In this document: one piece after another, positions 24,637-39,790 of the stretch
Position numbering within the stretch: the stretch's first letter is position 1
Layout of the letters: every line of letters begins with the position of its first letter
Notes under the pieces: generated by a model
What the model was told of the DNA's origin: nothing
Databases searched by the model: none
The model's input: only the letters and a program-made list of their open reading frames with translations
NCBI RefSeq assembly: GCF_004010195.1
Contig: NC_057720.1
Coordinates: forward strand, 10,175,165 to 10,239,164
From: Chiloscyllium plagiosum
Taxonomy: Eukaryota
Direction: 5' to 3'
Length of the DNA stretch: 64,000 nt
Made by a program: the position numbers and the translations under genes

Positions 24637-24978
24637 CTCTGTGCTGCAGTATGTGGTGGCTCATTGAAATAATGTTCTAATGCAGCTTTGTTTGTGGATG
24701 TTGGGAAGATTGCTTCAGTATTTGGTCCAACCGGAACTCTTATCAACAAACACATTGACTTGGATCCCATTTACCATGCCCTGAGAAAAAGAAAAGGAAA
24801 TGACATCACCACAGGAAATGATGCAAAGAGAGCCAAACCACCAGTGCTTCACCAGAGGTCATGGATGATGCTACCTAGTATGGTGACGAAATGTCTGAAA
24901 ACGAACCTCCCAGCTCAGCGAGCAAACTTACATCCAGGACCTCAATCTGAACTACAAATCTTCTCAAAACCAGCTGGT
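24637..24978. mobile_element. Penelope-like element, right part with inverted terminal repeat
   Basis: Continues 15419-15902; ~24840-24935 is the reverse complement of ~15430-15525. Confidence 0.8.
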
Positions 24979-25504
24979 AAGTATTATCTATAAAACATTA
25001 CCTTTTCTTGAGCAAATGTAGAAGTTGGATGTTGGATTCTGAAAGGCTAAAATATGCACCTTTTGAATCTTAAGTTCATATTTTATTGCACTGGAGTATC
25101 CACTGTCTGGTTTATTCAGGCAGCTCAACACATTCAACTGCCTCAGGGTTGAAGGTGTGTGTTCAGGAAGGGTAACTCAGTTTTCCGCATCCCATTCAAT
25201 TGAATGAACCAAATAAAATGGCTACCTGTGTGAACATCGATCTTCAGGATCTGAATGTAAAACCCTTAATGAGAAACTCCCACCCATTACATGATTTTGA
25301 GCTCTTCTTGGGGCCAGAAGTGGGAGTCAGGCAAAAGTTTAAAAGGTAGCCCCACAGCCTGATGTGTAGGTTCCCTGCCTCCATCCAGGACCAGCCACAC
25401 GCAACCTGCAACTCCCCAAGATGGCTCACTATAGAGTTTATTGAGGCCAATTGAAGAGGGCTGTGTAGCAATTCTGAGCCTGTGAGTGTACTTTGGCTAA
25501 CTCT

Positions 25505-25815
25505 TAATTAGACTCCCTACAGTATGGAAACAGGCCATTTGGCCCAACAAATCCATATTGACCCTCCAAAGAAATAACCCACTTAGACGCATTCCCCTAC
25601 CCTAGATTTACCCCTAACTAATACACCTAACACTATGAGCAATTTTGCATGGCCAATTCACCTGACCTATACATCTTTGGATTGTGAGAGGAAACCAGAG
25701 CACCCAGAGGAAACCTACGCAGACACAGGGAGGATATGCAAACTGCACACACACAGTTGCCCGAGGCAGAAATCGACCCCGGTCCCTGGTGCTGTGAGCC
25801 AAGCGCTGTTAACCT
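25505..25815 (-). mobile_element. HE1-type SINE
   Basis: Same family as 21810-22128. Confidence 0.8.
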
Positions 25816-25914
25816 AATAGATGTCACCATATGTGGAGAGAAGAGTTTTGATAGTGATAGAGTGAAGGTCAAGCATGCATACATGTAGGATTTCATGTAA
25901 TTATGATTTACAGG

Positions 25915-27808
25915 AGTGTCTGTGTGTGTGTATATAGTGCAATGGTGGTCACCTGTAGTGTGACATGAACCCAAGGTCCTGGTTGAGGCCCTCCCTATGG
26001 GTATCGAACGTTGCTATCAGCCTTTGCTCACTCACTTTTCGTTGCTGCCAGTCCCGAAGTCCTCCTTGGAGAATGGTCACCCGAAGGTCCGAGGTCGAAT
26101 ATCCTGGACCACTTAACGTGTTCCCCAACTGGGAGGAACACTCCTGTCAGTTGATTGTTGTGCAGTGCCCATTCATCTGTTGTAGTAGCCTTTGCTCGGT
26201 TTCCCCAATGTACTATGCCTCAGGGCTTCCTTGCCTGCAACGTATAAGATAGACAACGTTGGCTGAGTCACATGAATACCTGCCACGTACAAGGTGGGAA
26301 GTGTCCCCAAGTGTAATGGTGGTATCCATGTCCACACTGACACGTCTTGCAGAGCCAAACGTGACAGGGTTTTTTGGAGTTGTCCTGAGAGCCGGGCAGC
26401 TTGCTACGAACAATGATTTGTTGAAGGTTTGGAGGTTGTTTAAAGGCAAGCAGTAGAAGTGTGGGGAAGGTCTTGACGAGGTGCTTATCCTCATAGATAA
26501 CACACAGACACTCCTACACACACCTACACACTCACACACTGACACACATACACTCACACAGGCACTCCTATATACACACACATACACACGGACACACATA
26601 TACACAGACATGCACACAGACACTCACACACACCCTTACAGACACNNNNNNNNNNNNNNNNNNNNNNNNNNNNNNNNNNNNNNNNNNNNNNNNNNNNNNN
26701 NNNNNNNNNNNNNNNNNNNNNNNNNNNNNNNNNNNNNNNNNNNNNNNNNNNNNNNNNNNNNNNNNNNNNNNNNNNNNNNNNNNNNNNNNNNNNNNNNNNN
26801 NNNNNNNNNNNNNNNNNNNNNNNNNNNNNNNNNNNNNNNNNNNNNNNNNNNNNNNNNNNNNNNNNNNNNNNNNNNNNNNNNNNNNNNNNNNNNNNNNNNN
26901 NNNNNNNNNNNNNNNNNNNNNNNNNNNNNNNNNNNNNNNNNNNNNNNNNNNNNNNNNNNNNNNNNNNNNNNNTCAGTACCCATAGGGAGGGACTCAACTG
27001 GGACCTTGGGTTCATGTCATATTACAGGTGACCACCATTTCACTACACGCACACACATATACACAGACACGCACACACCCTTATAGACACACACACTCCC
27101 ACACTCACATGCATCCTCTCAGAGACTTAGACCACTCTACACTCATGCACACACATATACACTCTCTCACAGAGACTCACAACCCCCCACCCCAGACATG
27201 CACACACTCCCACACTCACACATGCACCCCCTCCCAGACTTAAGACACTCTACACTCACTACACACACATATACACTCCCTCTCACACTCACAACCCCTA
27301 ACCCAGACAGATAGACACACAGACAGACAAAGACCCACATGCACACGTATATTTTGTGGGGCGAATTTGTACTTGCAGAGTTACATTGCACTTTGCTCAA
27401 AAACTGCATGAATTCATGTAAAACTCTGCTATCTTACTTTTTAGATTAGAATCAATTTAAACATCATGGCATACACAGAGAACACAGGGGGCTAACACCT
27501 TCAACATATTGTCTAGCTAACACCCATTGTTACAGCTAAGCTGAGAATGCAACTTTTAAAAAAGGTTTTGTGATTTACATGAAAGAAGTGAAACCATCAT
27601 GGTATTCAAACAGATGAAAGACTCAACGGACAATCAAGGTATTTTTCAATGTATAATTTCAGTTACATCACACTGTAAATTTTTGCTATAAATTCTGTGC
27701 CTTAGATTTGTGCCCTCCACAATCACCTGATGGAGCAGCGCTCTGAAAGCTAGTGTGCTTCCAATTAAACCTGTTGGACTATAACCTGGTGTTGTGATTT
27801 TTAACTCC
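25915..27808. mobile_element. Penelope-like element(s) with inversion, (CA)n-rich tracts and an assembly gap
   Basis: Minus-strand GRYSCDSANVVYLIRCRQG.PEA..IGET (GIY-YIG); plus-strand 3' tail to ~27808. Confidence 0.8.
26646..26972. other. Assembly gap (N run)
   Basis: 327 Ns within CA-rich repeat. Confidence 1.
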
Positions 27809-28559
27809 ATTATTAAGCACTGCTTCACTGACCAGACATGAAAACAATAAAATTATATGCCTTTAAGAAATGGCTGAACGATAGGTGTAGATGTGCTGCT
27901 AACTGACAAATCCTTGTTCGATGAATATTTTATTATCTATTTTCTGTGCTCGAGGTAAAAAGCCATGAGACATATTCCTCGTGATTTCCTGATGAAAGGC
28001 TTATGCATGAAACATGATTCTCCTGCTCCTCAGATGCTGCCTGACCTGCTGTGCTTTTCCAGCACCACACTCTACACTCTAATCTCCAGCATCTGCAGTC
28101 CTCACTTTCGCCTATATTCCTCGTGCCTTTGTTTTGTTAGAATTTTGAAAAGATGCCCTTGCTCCGAAACTGGTAAATGGTGATGCATACTCCAGAATCT
28201 CCAAATTCTAAATTTGGCACATGTGAAACTTTACACCTGCTCTTTATTATACATGCCAATTTATGTTACTGACTCAATTTTTCACAGAAGCACATTTACA
28301 AGTTTTAGGATTGCTGTCCCAAGGCAGGTGTAGTTCAGATGAATGATCAGCCTCTGTTTTTGCAGAAGCAGAACTTGTGTTATATACCTTTGGCTATTAA
28401 ATAGTTAAATTCACCACATGTTGATGGAATTTTCCTCACAGGCTAATGTCCCTTTTGAAGAGCTACACAGGCTTGAAAGGATTGGAAAGAGTTGGGATCA
28501 AGTGAAGCTTCAGTGGAGGAACTTCTTCCATAACAATGTACAAATGAACATAATATATG

Positions 28560-29890
28560 TAATGGTGTGGAGGTGCTGGTGTTGGACTGGGATAGACAAA
28601 GCTAAAAACCACACAGTGCCCCCAACTTACAGTCCAACAGGTTCATTTGGAAGTCCACCCTTTCTGTGTGCTGCTCCTTCGTCAGGTATGCAGGTAGGGC
28701 AGGATCATAGGAGACAGAATTTATAGTAAAAGGTTAAAGAGTCACACAACTGATGCAAATTATTGAACAAACCTAGATTGCTGCTTTAATCATTGAGAAT
28801 GGGATTGGAGGTTTCGATTCATTTCAAATCATATACTTGAGATAACTTAAGGTTCTCTTAAAGAAAGTGACATCTCAGCTCAGACAATACATTAAAGCTG
28901 TGAAGTTACAGTCTGTATCCCAACCTTTAGGCAGACTGGTTCTATTTCCAGAGTATGAATTTATAAAATGTTACAGACTGAATGCCTACAGATTGTGTAC
29001 TTTTTGAACAAAACAGAGTATCTGCAAATACAAATTCATAGACTTCTATGTGTGTGTGTGAGGTAGAGACAGTGAGTGTGTGTGTGCATATTTGTTAGTG
29101 TGCACTCGAGTGTGACATGGTATATGCCTGTGAGAGAGTGCGCGCGTGAGTGCGGGTGTGTCTGGGTGTCTGAGAGAGTGTCTGTATGAGAGAGGGTTTG
29201 TGTGAGTGTGATCAAGTGTAAAAGTGTCTGTATGTAGGTGCTTGTGTGTGAGTACATGAGAGTGTATAGTGTAGTGGGGTCACCAGTAGTGTGGCATGAA
29301 CCCAAGATTTCTGTTGAGGTCACCCTCATGGGAACTGAACTTGGCTATCAGCCTCTGCTCAGCAACTCTCCCAAAGTCTGCCTTGCAGTACGGTCACCCG
29401 AAGATCTGAGGCCGAATGTCCTTGACTGCTGAAGTGTTCCCTGACTGGGAGGGAACATCCCTGACTGGTGGTTGTTGCACAGTGTCCATTCATCCGTTGT
29501 TGTTGCGTCTGTGTTGTTTCGCCAATATACCATGACTTGGGGCATCCTTGCTGGCAGCAGATGAGATAGACAATGTTGACTGAGTCACATGAGTAACTAC
29601 TGCACATCTTTTGGGTGGTGTCCCCATTTGTAATGCTGGTATCCATGTCAACACTCTGACACGTCTTGCAGTGGTTGCGAGGACAGGATTGTATGATGTT
29701 GTGGTTGATAATGCCCTGAAGGCTGGGCAGTTTGCTGTGGACAATGGTCTGTTTAAGGCTTGGTGGCTGTTAAAAGGCAAGACTTGGAGGCATAGGGAAG
29801 ATCTTGGCGAGGTCTCATCCTAATTGATAGCGAGTTACAAGCTGCGAAGAACATGGTGTAGTTTCTCTGCTCCAGGAAAGTATTGTATTG
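28560..29890 (-). mobile_element. Penelope-like element 3' part (GIY-YIG)
   Basis: YSCDSVNIVYLICCQQGCPKSWYIGET...RMNGH...EHFSSQGHSASDL. Confidence 0.88.
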
Positions 29891-30614
29891 GTCACCAGGA
29901 TAAAGTTTAACCTTAGCTACACAGCCACCTCTTACCTCTTTAGCTTCTGTTACCATGATTGTGTTGTTTGTGATTGAGAAAACAGCATATCAAAGGTGTT
30001 TAACATTCCCCTACTTACATTGTTTCCTGTACCTGGTCTTTTATGGACTGTTTGTACTGAGGCTGTACTTTGCATGATCTTATCATGTCAATCATTTTCA
30101 TACATAGTAACAGGTGAGACAATCATAGATGGTTACTGTAAGAATAAGTGGTTTATATTTTTAAAATGTACAATACTTAATGATATATAAAAGATTAATA
30201 TACCCTCTTAATGGACATCCCATATGAATGTTGGTTCATGTTGAAGACGTTTATTTAGCTTGTTATTAGAATGTTACATGAACAGACACTGGGTAACCTT
30301 AATCGAATGCCAAGAGAAAATGTGCCAACATCACAATGCTGCTTCTAACTTAATATCAATTGCCACTCTCAGTTTGAGGTGCCATCAGATCTGAGAAATG
30401 AGAAATGTTGAACTGTTGTTGTTAAGGTGATTTCTGATATTGCCGCTTTGGTGCATTGTTGGGAGAGAAAAGATAAAGAGCTTTGCACTCCACAAAACCA
30501 TTCCTTACTGAGCATGGGAATGCTTGAAGGGAATCTAAAATGGAATATGTTCAATTCCCAGCATCAATTTGAGTTTTCATCAGTACTAACACAGTGTTTT
30601 TCTAAAAAAAATGA

Positions 30615-31062
30615 CCTAACAACAGGAGATAGAGAGTGGTGGAGGGTTGCTTTTCGGACTGGAGTCCTGCAGTGTTCCATATGGATCTGTTTTGGGTCCT
30701 CTTTTGTTTGTCATTTATATAAATGATTTGGATGAGAATATAGGAAGCATGGTAAGTTTGCAATGACACCAAAATTTGTGGCATAGTAGACAGTGAAGAA
30801 GTTTTCTAAGATTACTGAGAAATCTTGATCAAATCTGTCAATGGGTTGAAAAATGGAAGATGCAGTTCAATTTGGACAAAAGTATTTTGGTATAACAGAT
30901 AGGGCAGCACTTATACAATTAATCTGAGCTTTGGGGAGTGTTGTAGAACAGTGAGACCGAGGAGTTCAGGTACATAATTCTTTGAAGATTGTGTCACATG
31001 TAGACAGGGTGGTTAAAAAAGTGTTTAGCACACTTGCCTTCATTGCTCAATCCTTTGAGTAT
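30615..31062 (+). mobile_element. CR1 RT fragment
   Basis: [21 protein letters not shown] sequence. Confidence 0.8.
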
Positions 31063-31490
31063 CGGAAAAAGTGAGGACTACAGATGCTGGAGATCAGAGT
31101 CAAAAAGTGTGGTTCTGCAAAAGCACAGCCAGTCAGGCAGCATCCGAGGAGCAGGAGAATCGATGTTTCAGGCGCGAACCTTTCACCAGGAATGTCGGGG
31201 AGGAGGGGAAGGTGTCTGAGAGATAAATAGGAGGTTGGGATGGGGGAAGGTGATAGGTAGATGCAGATGGGGAGGTGGTGGTGATAGGTCGGAGGGATGG
31301 ATGGAGCGGATAGGTGGAAAGGAAGATGTACAAGTAGGTCGGTTTAAGAGGGCGGTGCCGGGTTGTAGGGTTGGATCTGGGATGAGGCAGGGGGAGGGGA
31401 GATAAGGAAACCGGTGAAGTCGACATTGATACCATGTGGTTGAAGGGTCTAAAGGCGGAAGATGAAGCTTTCTTTCTACAGTCGTTGACG
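31063..31490 (-). mobile_element. Penelope-like element 3' end (family of 726-1970)
   Basis: Colinear with 726-1130. Confidence 0.8.
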
Positions 31491-34460
31491 ACTGGAGGAA
31501 GATTTTGAAGAATGGACGAGGAAGAGTGAAAAGGGGTCATGAGAAAACCTTGTTGGGATTAAGGAAAACTCCAAGGTATTCTACACTTATGTGAAAAACA
31601 AGAGGATGGCAACAGTGAGGGTAGGGCTGATCAGGAATAGTGGAGGTTGGGGAAGTCCTTACTGAATAGTTTGCTTCAGTATTTACAAGTGAGAGGGACA
31701 TTGTATTTTGTGAGGACAATGTGAAACAGGCTGATATACTCAGACAGGTTATGTTAAGAAGGAGAATGTATTGGAAATTTTGAAGAACATGAGGATAGAT
31801 AAGTCCAGTGGGCCACACAGAATATAACCTTCCTCTACAGGAAGCAAGGGAAGAGATTGCTGCACCTTTGGTGATGAGCTTTACGTCCTCACTGTCAGCT
31901 GGATTAACACCAGATGATTGGAGGATCGGAAATGTTATTCCCTTGTTCAAGAAAGGGAATAGGGACAACCATGGGAAATATAGATCAGTCAGTTTTATGC
32001 CAGTGGTGGGCAAATTATTGGAGAGGATTCAGAGTTAGAGGAAATGTATAGCTTGATTAGAGATAGCATGTTTTTGTGAGGGGAAGGTCATACCTCACAA
32101 GACTTGTTGACTTCTTTGAGGGTGTGACAAAACACACTGATGAAGGTAGAGCAGTGAATGTAGAGTACACGGATTTTAGCAAGGTGTTTGATCAGGTTCT
32201 CCATGGTAGGTTCATTCAGAAAGTAAGGGACATGGGATACAGGGAAAGTTGGCTGTCTGGATTCAGATTTGGTTGGCCCGTAGAAGACAGAGGATGGTAG
32301 TTGATGCAAAGTATTCAGCCTGGAGTTCGGTGACCAGTGGTGTTCCACAGGGATCTGTTCTGGGACATCTGCCCTTCATGAGTTTTATAAATGACTTGGA
32401 TGAGGAAGTGGAAGAGTGGGTTAGTAAGTTTGTCGATGGCACAAAGATTGATGGAGTTGTGGATAGTGTGAACGGCTGTTGAAGGTTGCAATGGGATATT
32501 GACAGGACGCAGAGCTGGGCTGAGATTTGGCAGAAAGAGTTCAACCTGGACAGGTGTAAAGTGATTTAGTTTGGAAGGTCACGTATGAATGCAGATTACA
32601 GGATTAAAGGTAGGATTCTTGGCAGTGTGGAGGAACAGAGGGATCTTGAGGTCCATGCCCATAGATCCCTCAAAGTTGCCACCCAAGTTGATAGGGTTGT
32701 TAAGAAGGCATATGGTGTGTTGGCTTTCATTAGCAGAGGGATTGAGTTTAAGTGCCGCGAGGTTATGCTGCAGCTCTATAAAGGAGGTAAAAACAATGAC
32801 TGCAGATGCTGGAAACCAGATTCTGGATTAGTGGTGCTGGAAGAGCACAGCAGTTCAGGCAGCATCGAAGGAGCAGCGAAATCGACGTTTCGGGCAAAAG
32901 CCCTTCATCAAGAATAAAGGCAGAACTGCTGTTCTCTTCCAGCACCACTAATCCAGAAGCAGATGGTCAGAGCCGAGCCAATGCACTGCAGCACTGGCCG
33001 AGGGTGGGGACTAACTGCACTGCACCAAAATATCCTGGCCCCGTTCCAACTCCCAACAACAAACCTTACACTTCCCCAATTCTGCAGTGTCCCTCCTCCG
33101 GTCCAAAAATGAGTGCTGTCTTTCCTTCTGTTTGCTGGTTGATATCTGGTATAAAGACTTGATTGGCAGGAACACTTTTCAATCAGAAGGAATTATCCCA
33201 GCATCACTACGGGGCGGATGAGTCCATTCGACCCATCGTGTCCGCACGCTCCCTCTCTGTGAATGTCCACTGCAATGATTTGGGAGATTTGATTAAAAAA
33301 AAACACACAGTCGGGCGCCTTAATGGGGAGTTTTCATCCTTTTTGGAGATTTAAACAGGAGGAATATAAAAGACCTGAGCCATTAATCCTAGACTTCACT
33401 GCCGTCGTTTAGCTGATTTAAAGGCACCAGTCGGGCTTAATGTTTAGAAATGACTAAATGGCGATAATCGGGATGAGAATTCGTTTTGACTGGTGCAGAT
33501 TCGATGGGCCAAAGAGCCTTTTTAGTGCTGTAGATCGTTATATTTCTATCTGAGTGAGAGGGTGGGGTGGATCGAAGCAGATCTTTCGAATAGATTCAAT
33601 ACGAATATATTTTGAAAAGAGATCTCACCTCAAAATCACTATTTATAAAGGAAAAGGCCGGGGAGAAATAAAACTGCGAATGCATTGAACGCAGTGGGAA
33701 TACCTGGCACCATCCGAACATAGCAGCGTTTGTTATTGACTTGTCCGGACTTGTCCGACCTGCCTAGCTCATTTTCCACCTATCCACTCCACCCTCTCCT
33801 CCCTGACCTATCACCTTCAACCCCTCCCCCACTCACCTATTGTACTCTATGCTACTTTCTCCCCACCCCCACCCTCCTCTAGCTTATCTCTCCATGCTTC
33901 AGGCTCTCTGCCTTTATTCCTGATGAAGGGCTTTTGCCCAAAACGTCGATTTCACTGCTCCTTTGGTGCTGCCTGAACTGCTGTGCTCTTCCAGCACCAC
34001 TAATCCAGAATGCAGCTCTACAAAGCCCTGGTTAGTCCACACTTGGAATATTGTGTTCAGTTCTGGTCGCCTCATTATAGGAAGGATGTGGAAACTTTAG
34101 AGAGGGAGCAGAAGAGATTTACCAAGATGTTGCCTGGACTGGAGGGCATGTCTTATGAAGAAAGGTTGAGGGAGCTCGGGCTTTTCTCAATGGCGTGAAG
34201 AATGATGAGAGATGATATGATAGAGGTGTACAAGATGATGAGAGACACAGATAGAGTGGATAGCCTGACATTTTCTCATGGCAGAAATGTCTATCACAAG
34301 GGGACGTAATCTTAAGGTGATTAGAGGAAGGTTTAGGGGAGACATCAGAGGTAAGTTCTTTACTCAGAGAGTGGTGGGTGAGTGGAATGTATTGTATAAA
34401 CGGCCGGCACAACATCGAGGGCTGAAGGGCCTGTACTGTGCTGTACTGTCCTATGTTCTA
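31490..34460 (+). mobile_element. CR1 LINE ORF2 (RT to 3' tail) interrupted at 32784-34010
   Basis: RT motifs; reading resumes after a 15-bp TSD. Confidence 0.9.
32784..34010. mobile_element. Composite PLE-bounded insertion with ~780 bp of unrelated cargo
   Basis: TSD TGCAGCTCTA(T/C)AAAG at 32769-32783 and 34011-34025; PLE termini at both ends. Confidence 0.85.
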
Positions 34461-34779
34461 AGACATTCCAAACCTTAAATAGCAAAATATTTTTAATATA
34501 ACAGATCAATTCTTAAATATATTCAATAATTACATGGAGGTAAGAAAAGAGACAAATTTAATTGGAACAGGACGGTGTTGCAAAAGTTATCTATTTTATA
34601 TTGTCTGCTCTAAGTACTGTATACACTACAGTTTCTGTTGGCAAACAATGCATCTCAACATAGGATAATATGAACTTTCTATTAAAAAAAAGTACGATTC
34701 ATGGATTCTAGGGTTGTAGGCAAAACTGGAAAGGCCAACGTTTCTTGACCATAACAGTCCTTAAAAAAATGACAAATTT

Positions 34780-35722
34780 CTAGAGTCACAAACAGTCATA
34801 GAGATATACAGCATGGAGACAGACCCTTCGGTCTAACCCGTCTATGCCGATCAGGTATCGTATATAAATCTAGTCCCATTTGCCAGCATTTTGTCCATAT
34901 AGCCCTAAACCCTGCCTATTCATATACCCATCCAGATGCCTTTTAAATGTTGCAATTGTATCAGCCTCCACAAGTTCCTCTGGCAGCTCCTTCCATACAT
35001 GCACCACCTTCTGCGTGAAAAAGTTGCCCCACAGTCCCTTTCAGATCTTTCCAAGTATATAAGTTCTGCTCTAATCTGCTATTCCAAAATGCAGCACTTC
35101 GTATTTATCTAAACTAAACTCCATCTGCCACTCCTCAGCCCATTGGCCCATCTGATCAAGATCCTGTTGTAATCTGAGATAACCTTCATCGCTGTCCACT
35201 ACACCTCTAATTTTGGTGTCATTTGCAAACTTACTAACCATACCTCCTATCTTCATGTACAAATCATTTATGTAAATGATGAAAAGTAGTGGACCCAGCA
35301 CCGATCCTTGTGGCACTCCACTGGTCACAGGCCTCCAATCTGAAAAGCAATCCTCCACTACCACCCTCTACCTTCTACCTTTGAGCCAGTTCTGTATCCA
35401 AATGGGTAGTTCTCCCTGTATTCCATGAGATCTAACCTTGCTCATCAGTCTCCCATGGGGAACCTTGTTGAACGCCTTACTGAAGTCCATATAGATCACG
35501 TTCACAGCTCTGTCCTCATCAATCCTCTTTGTTACTTCTTCAAAAAACTCAATCAAGTTTGTGAGACATGATTTCCCATGCACAAAATCATGCTGACTGT
35601 CCCTAATCAGTTCTTGCCTTTCCAAATACATAAATCCTGTCCTTCAGGATTCCCTCCAAAGTGTGCCCACTATGACATCAGGCTCACTGGTGTATAGTTC
35701 CCTGGCTTGTCCTTACCACCTC
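34780..35722 (-). mobile_element. CR1 LINE RT + 3' tail (internally deleted)
   Basis: [26 protein letters not shown]. Confidence 0.9.
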
Positions 35723-36399
35723 TCTTGTTGGAGGAAAACAAGTTTTGGACTGGGATTGTATTTATGGACTTACATCCCTGGTCAAACGTGATATATAAAA
35801 TCCAAATGCACATTGATGCAGTGAAACAAATAAATAAAATAAAAGACAGGTTCGTGTCATTGATGTGTGTGAGCAGAATTCCTGTCAGTGAAATGCAAAC
35901 CCTCAGCGAGCTCATAAAACACCACAGGAAACCTCATTCTAGAGACAGAAATGTCCAAACTATATTATGCAGGCACTGCACCACCTGCAAACCCTGTCCA
36001 TCTGACCTGCCAACTACAATAATTCACTTTTCTCCAGTCTTCCCTGGATTTGGACAACACATTAACTTAGAATGTGACCAATGATTGAGGAAGAGGCAAT
36101 GTATGAGTATTATTTTCAATGTCATAAGGACAATTTAATTTTAATGCCTCCTGTAAATTTCTCAAAGAGATATAGGGTGGTGACTGGGCAGATTGTGTGA
36201 TCTGCAACACTCCCCACCCACCTCTGGACTGTACATGAATGGCAAGTGTTGCAGATGCTGGAAATCTAAAACACAGAATGCTGACTGTACCTTGCAAGCT
36301 TAGCAGCTTCTGAAGAGAGAGAATGTTTCATATCAGTTTCCTTTCATCAGAAATCAGGTGTCAGGATTGGGGAACAGGGAATGTGTGTTGGAAGTGACT

Positions 36400-36938
36400 C
36401 GAGACAGAACATTGAACATAGAACAATACAGCGCAGAACAGGCCCATCGGCCCTCGATGTTGTGCCAACCTGTGAACTTTTCTCAGCTCGTCCCCCTGCA
36501 CTATCCCAAAATCATCCATGTGTTTATCTAGGGATTATTTAAATCTCCCTAATGTGGCTGAATTGACTACATTAGCACGTAGGGCATTCCACGCCTTTAC
36601 CACTCTCTGCATAAAGAACTTTCTGTCTTAAATCTATCACCCCTCAATTTGTAGTTATGCCCTCTCGTACAAGCTGACGTCATCATCCTAGGAAAAAGTA
36701 TTTCACTGCCTATCCTATCTAATCCTCTGATCATCGTGTATGTCTCTATCAAATCCCCCCTTAGCCTTCCTCTTTCCAATGAGGACAGACCCAAGTCTCT
36801 CAGCCTTTCCTCATAAGACCTTCCCTCTAGACCAGGCAACATCCTGGCAAATCTCCTCTGCACCCTTTCCAATGCTTACACATCCTTCCTGTAATGGGGC
36901 GACCAGAACTGTACACAATATTGCAAGTGTGGCCACAC
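36400..36938 (-). mobile_element. CR1 LINE 3' end
   Basis: ERVQRRFARMLPGLEGRSYEERLRDLGL. Confidence 0.88.
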
Positions 36939-38959
36939 CAGAAGGAGTATGAGTGAGTGATAGGATGTAAGGTGCAATAGAAAATTGCAAAGATTGGTTG
37001 TAGCTAATCCATAGATTTGAAAAGATTTGGAATGTTCTGCCCATAACAATGTTGGTTTCCTTCAAACAGAAACATTGAGGAGATTAACAAGTAAATGCAC
37101 CTTAAAATAAAAGAAAGGAACAAAAAACATTTAAAAGTTCTCTGGTTTTGCTTCACAGATTCTATTCTGTGCAATTTTATTGAGTACCTAACTCTTTTAG
37201 AAGAAATCAAAGCTTCTGCTGTCCTGGTACTTTTTGATCGGCCAAATAATACAATAAATATCATGTCCATTGGCACAGCCAAGAAGTGTCATTGTTAGAA
37301 TTCGTGGATTTGAATCAAAATTCCTGAAGTGAACATATTCTCTCCTTGTACAGTAACTCTAATACAATAGATGGTTATTTCTGACACTGAATCAAAGTAC
37401 AATCATTTGAATGATCCCCATGGCTGCTGAGTCCATTGAGGTTTGGTGCAGCTCTTTCTTCATCATTCCTCTTTGTTTCATGATGTTTTGTTTTTCATAA
37501 CCTCCCAAAACCCTAGTTCAGGGTTGTCCATGGCAAAACACAAAATATTTTTCTCTCCATGAACTGAGCTGTAATCTGGTAGAGTGGATCACCCAAGGTT
37601 TTAAAGAACTAATGTCATTTTCATTACATTTCATTGAGTAGATCTACCCCACCATGTCCCATTTTCTCTTGCAATGAAACAAACCATGTGTTCACACCTC
37701 CCTCCTCAGTACAGTCTCCATTCCAGGAGCTTCTAGCCCCAGTCACACTGCCAGCTCGATGGTGAACAGAATACAGGATGGCTTGCTAACTCAAATAAAC
37801 AGCACTACAAAAACAAAGTTAGACTGCATAATCTGATCTTTTCAGCAGAGTGGGAATCGTTAGTGCCAAAAATAGGATTTATGCTATTATTATAGGACCA
37901 CTGACTAAATCAGGTTAGCAACTTGGACAAAAAGCCTCTATTGCAATTTTTGTGATAACTCAGTGGGTAAAGGCATCACATGATGAGTTCTTCAAGCTTG
38001 ATGCCTAGCCTGTACTAGGTTACCTGAAACAGCTGAATGATGCAATCACCCCATATTTTCAAAGGTGGAATGAAAAAAACTAACAACAACACCCACCCTG
38101 ATTACAGGGTCCTGACTTCTGTTAGGAAATGCATTTGGTGCAGACAGGAATAGGCATAGGTGCATTGTCCCTGTAATCATCTGATCTGACAGTAATGTTT
38201 GGGCTCAGATGTGCAGAATCTGGCAAAATACTGATGGCTGTGACCTAACTCCCTCAATTTGGAGAACAAAGTGTTGTCAACACTTTTGTCTTTTGATGTA
38301 ATGTTGCTGACACTGACGAGGACAAGATTCGTTACCCATCTCTTATTATCCTGGAACAGAGTGTCTTTGTTAGGTCATTATAAAGGGCAGCTAATGACCA
38401 ATCACATTGCCATGAATCTGAAGTCACATGGAGACCAGACCGGATTTCCTTCTCAGAAGGGCATTAGTGAACAAGATGGGTTTTGAACCACAACGATGAT
38501 CAGTTCATGGCCACTTTCACTGAAACTCGCTTTCAATTCCAGAACTAATTCCAGCTGCCAATGTGGGTCAGCACAACACTCTTCATGGTCACTATTTCTG
38601 AGTGTTTTTTTCTCACAAATTACCTGATACAATGTACTCTCTTTCACAACCTCATTTAGTATCTTAAATAGCTTTGTTACTCACACTTCTCTTTCCTTGA
38701 TTTAAATTTATTTTACTGAGAATCAAAGAGACACATTTATCAGCAAGAATTCCCAATAGACATCCCATCAAGGTCTGAGAGTGAGTCAATTCACCAGGAC
38801 TTCAAAACCATTGGAGTTTCAATGTTTATATGTTTTGTCTGTGGGGTAAGATTTCCAAAATCAGTGTGCATCAAGACACATCCACCCATGTGAAGGTTCC
38901 GGTGAATTGATAGTGGACAGTTCTTGAACTGGTTCTACAGCCTGCATAACATCACCCCA

Positions 38960-39790
<831 letters not shown>

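Noticed and set aside
26481..27409. Long His/Thr or Val/Cys-rich ORFs
   Set aside because: Artefacts of (CA)n tracts and the N gap.
28418..28560. FEELHRLERIGK resembling a kinase N-lobe start
   Set aside because: No GxGxxG loop or downstream kinase motifs; probably chance.
33915..33952. Intact hammerhead in the right PLE arm
   Set aside because: The core GAAA is mutated to AAAA.
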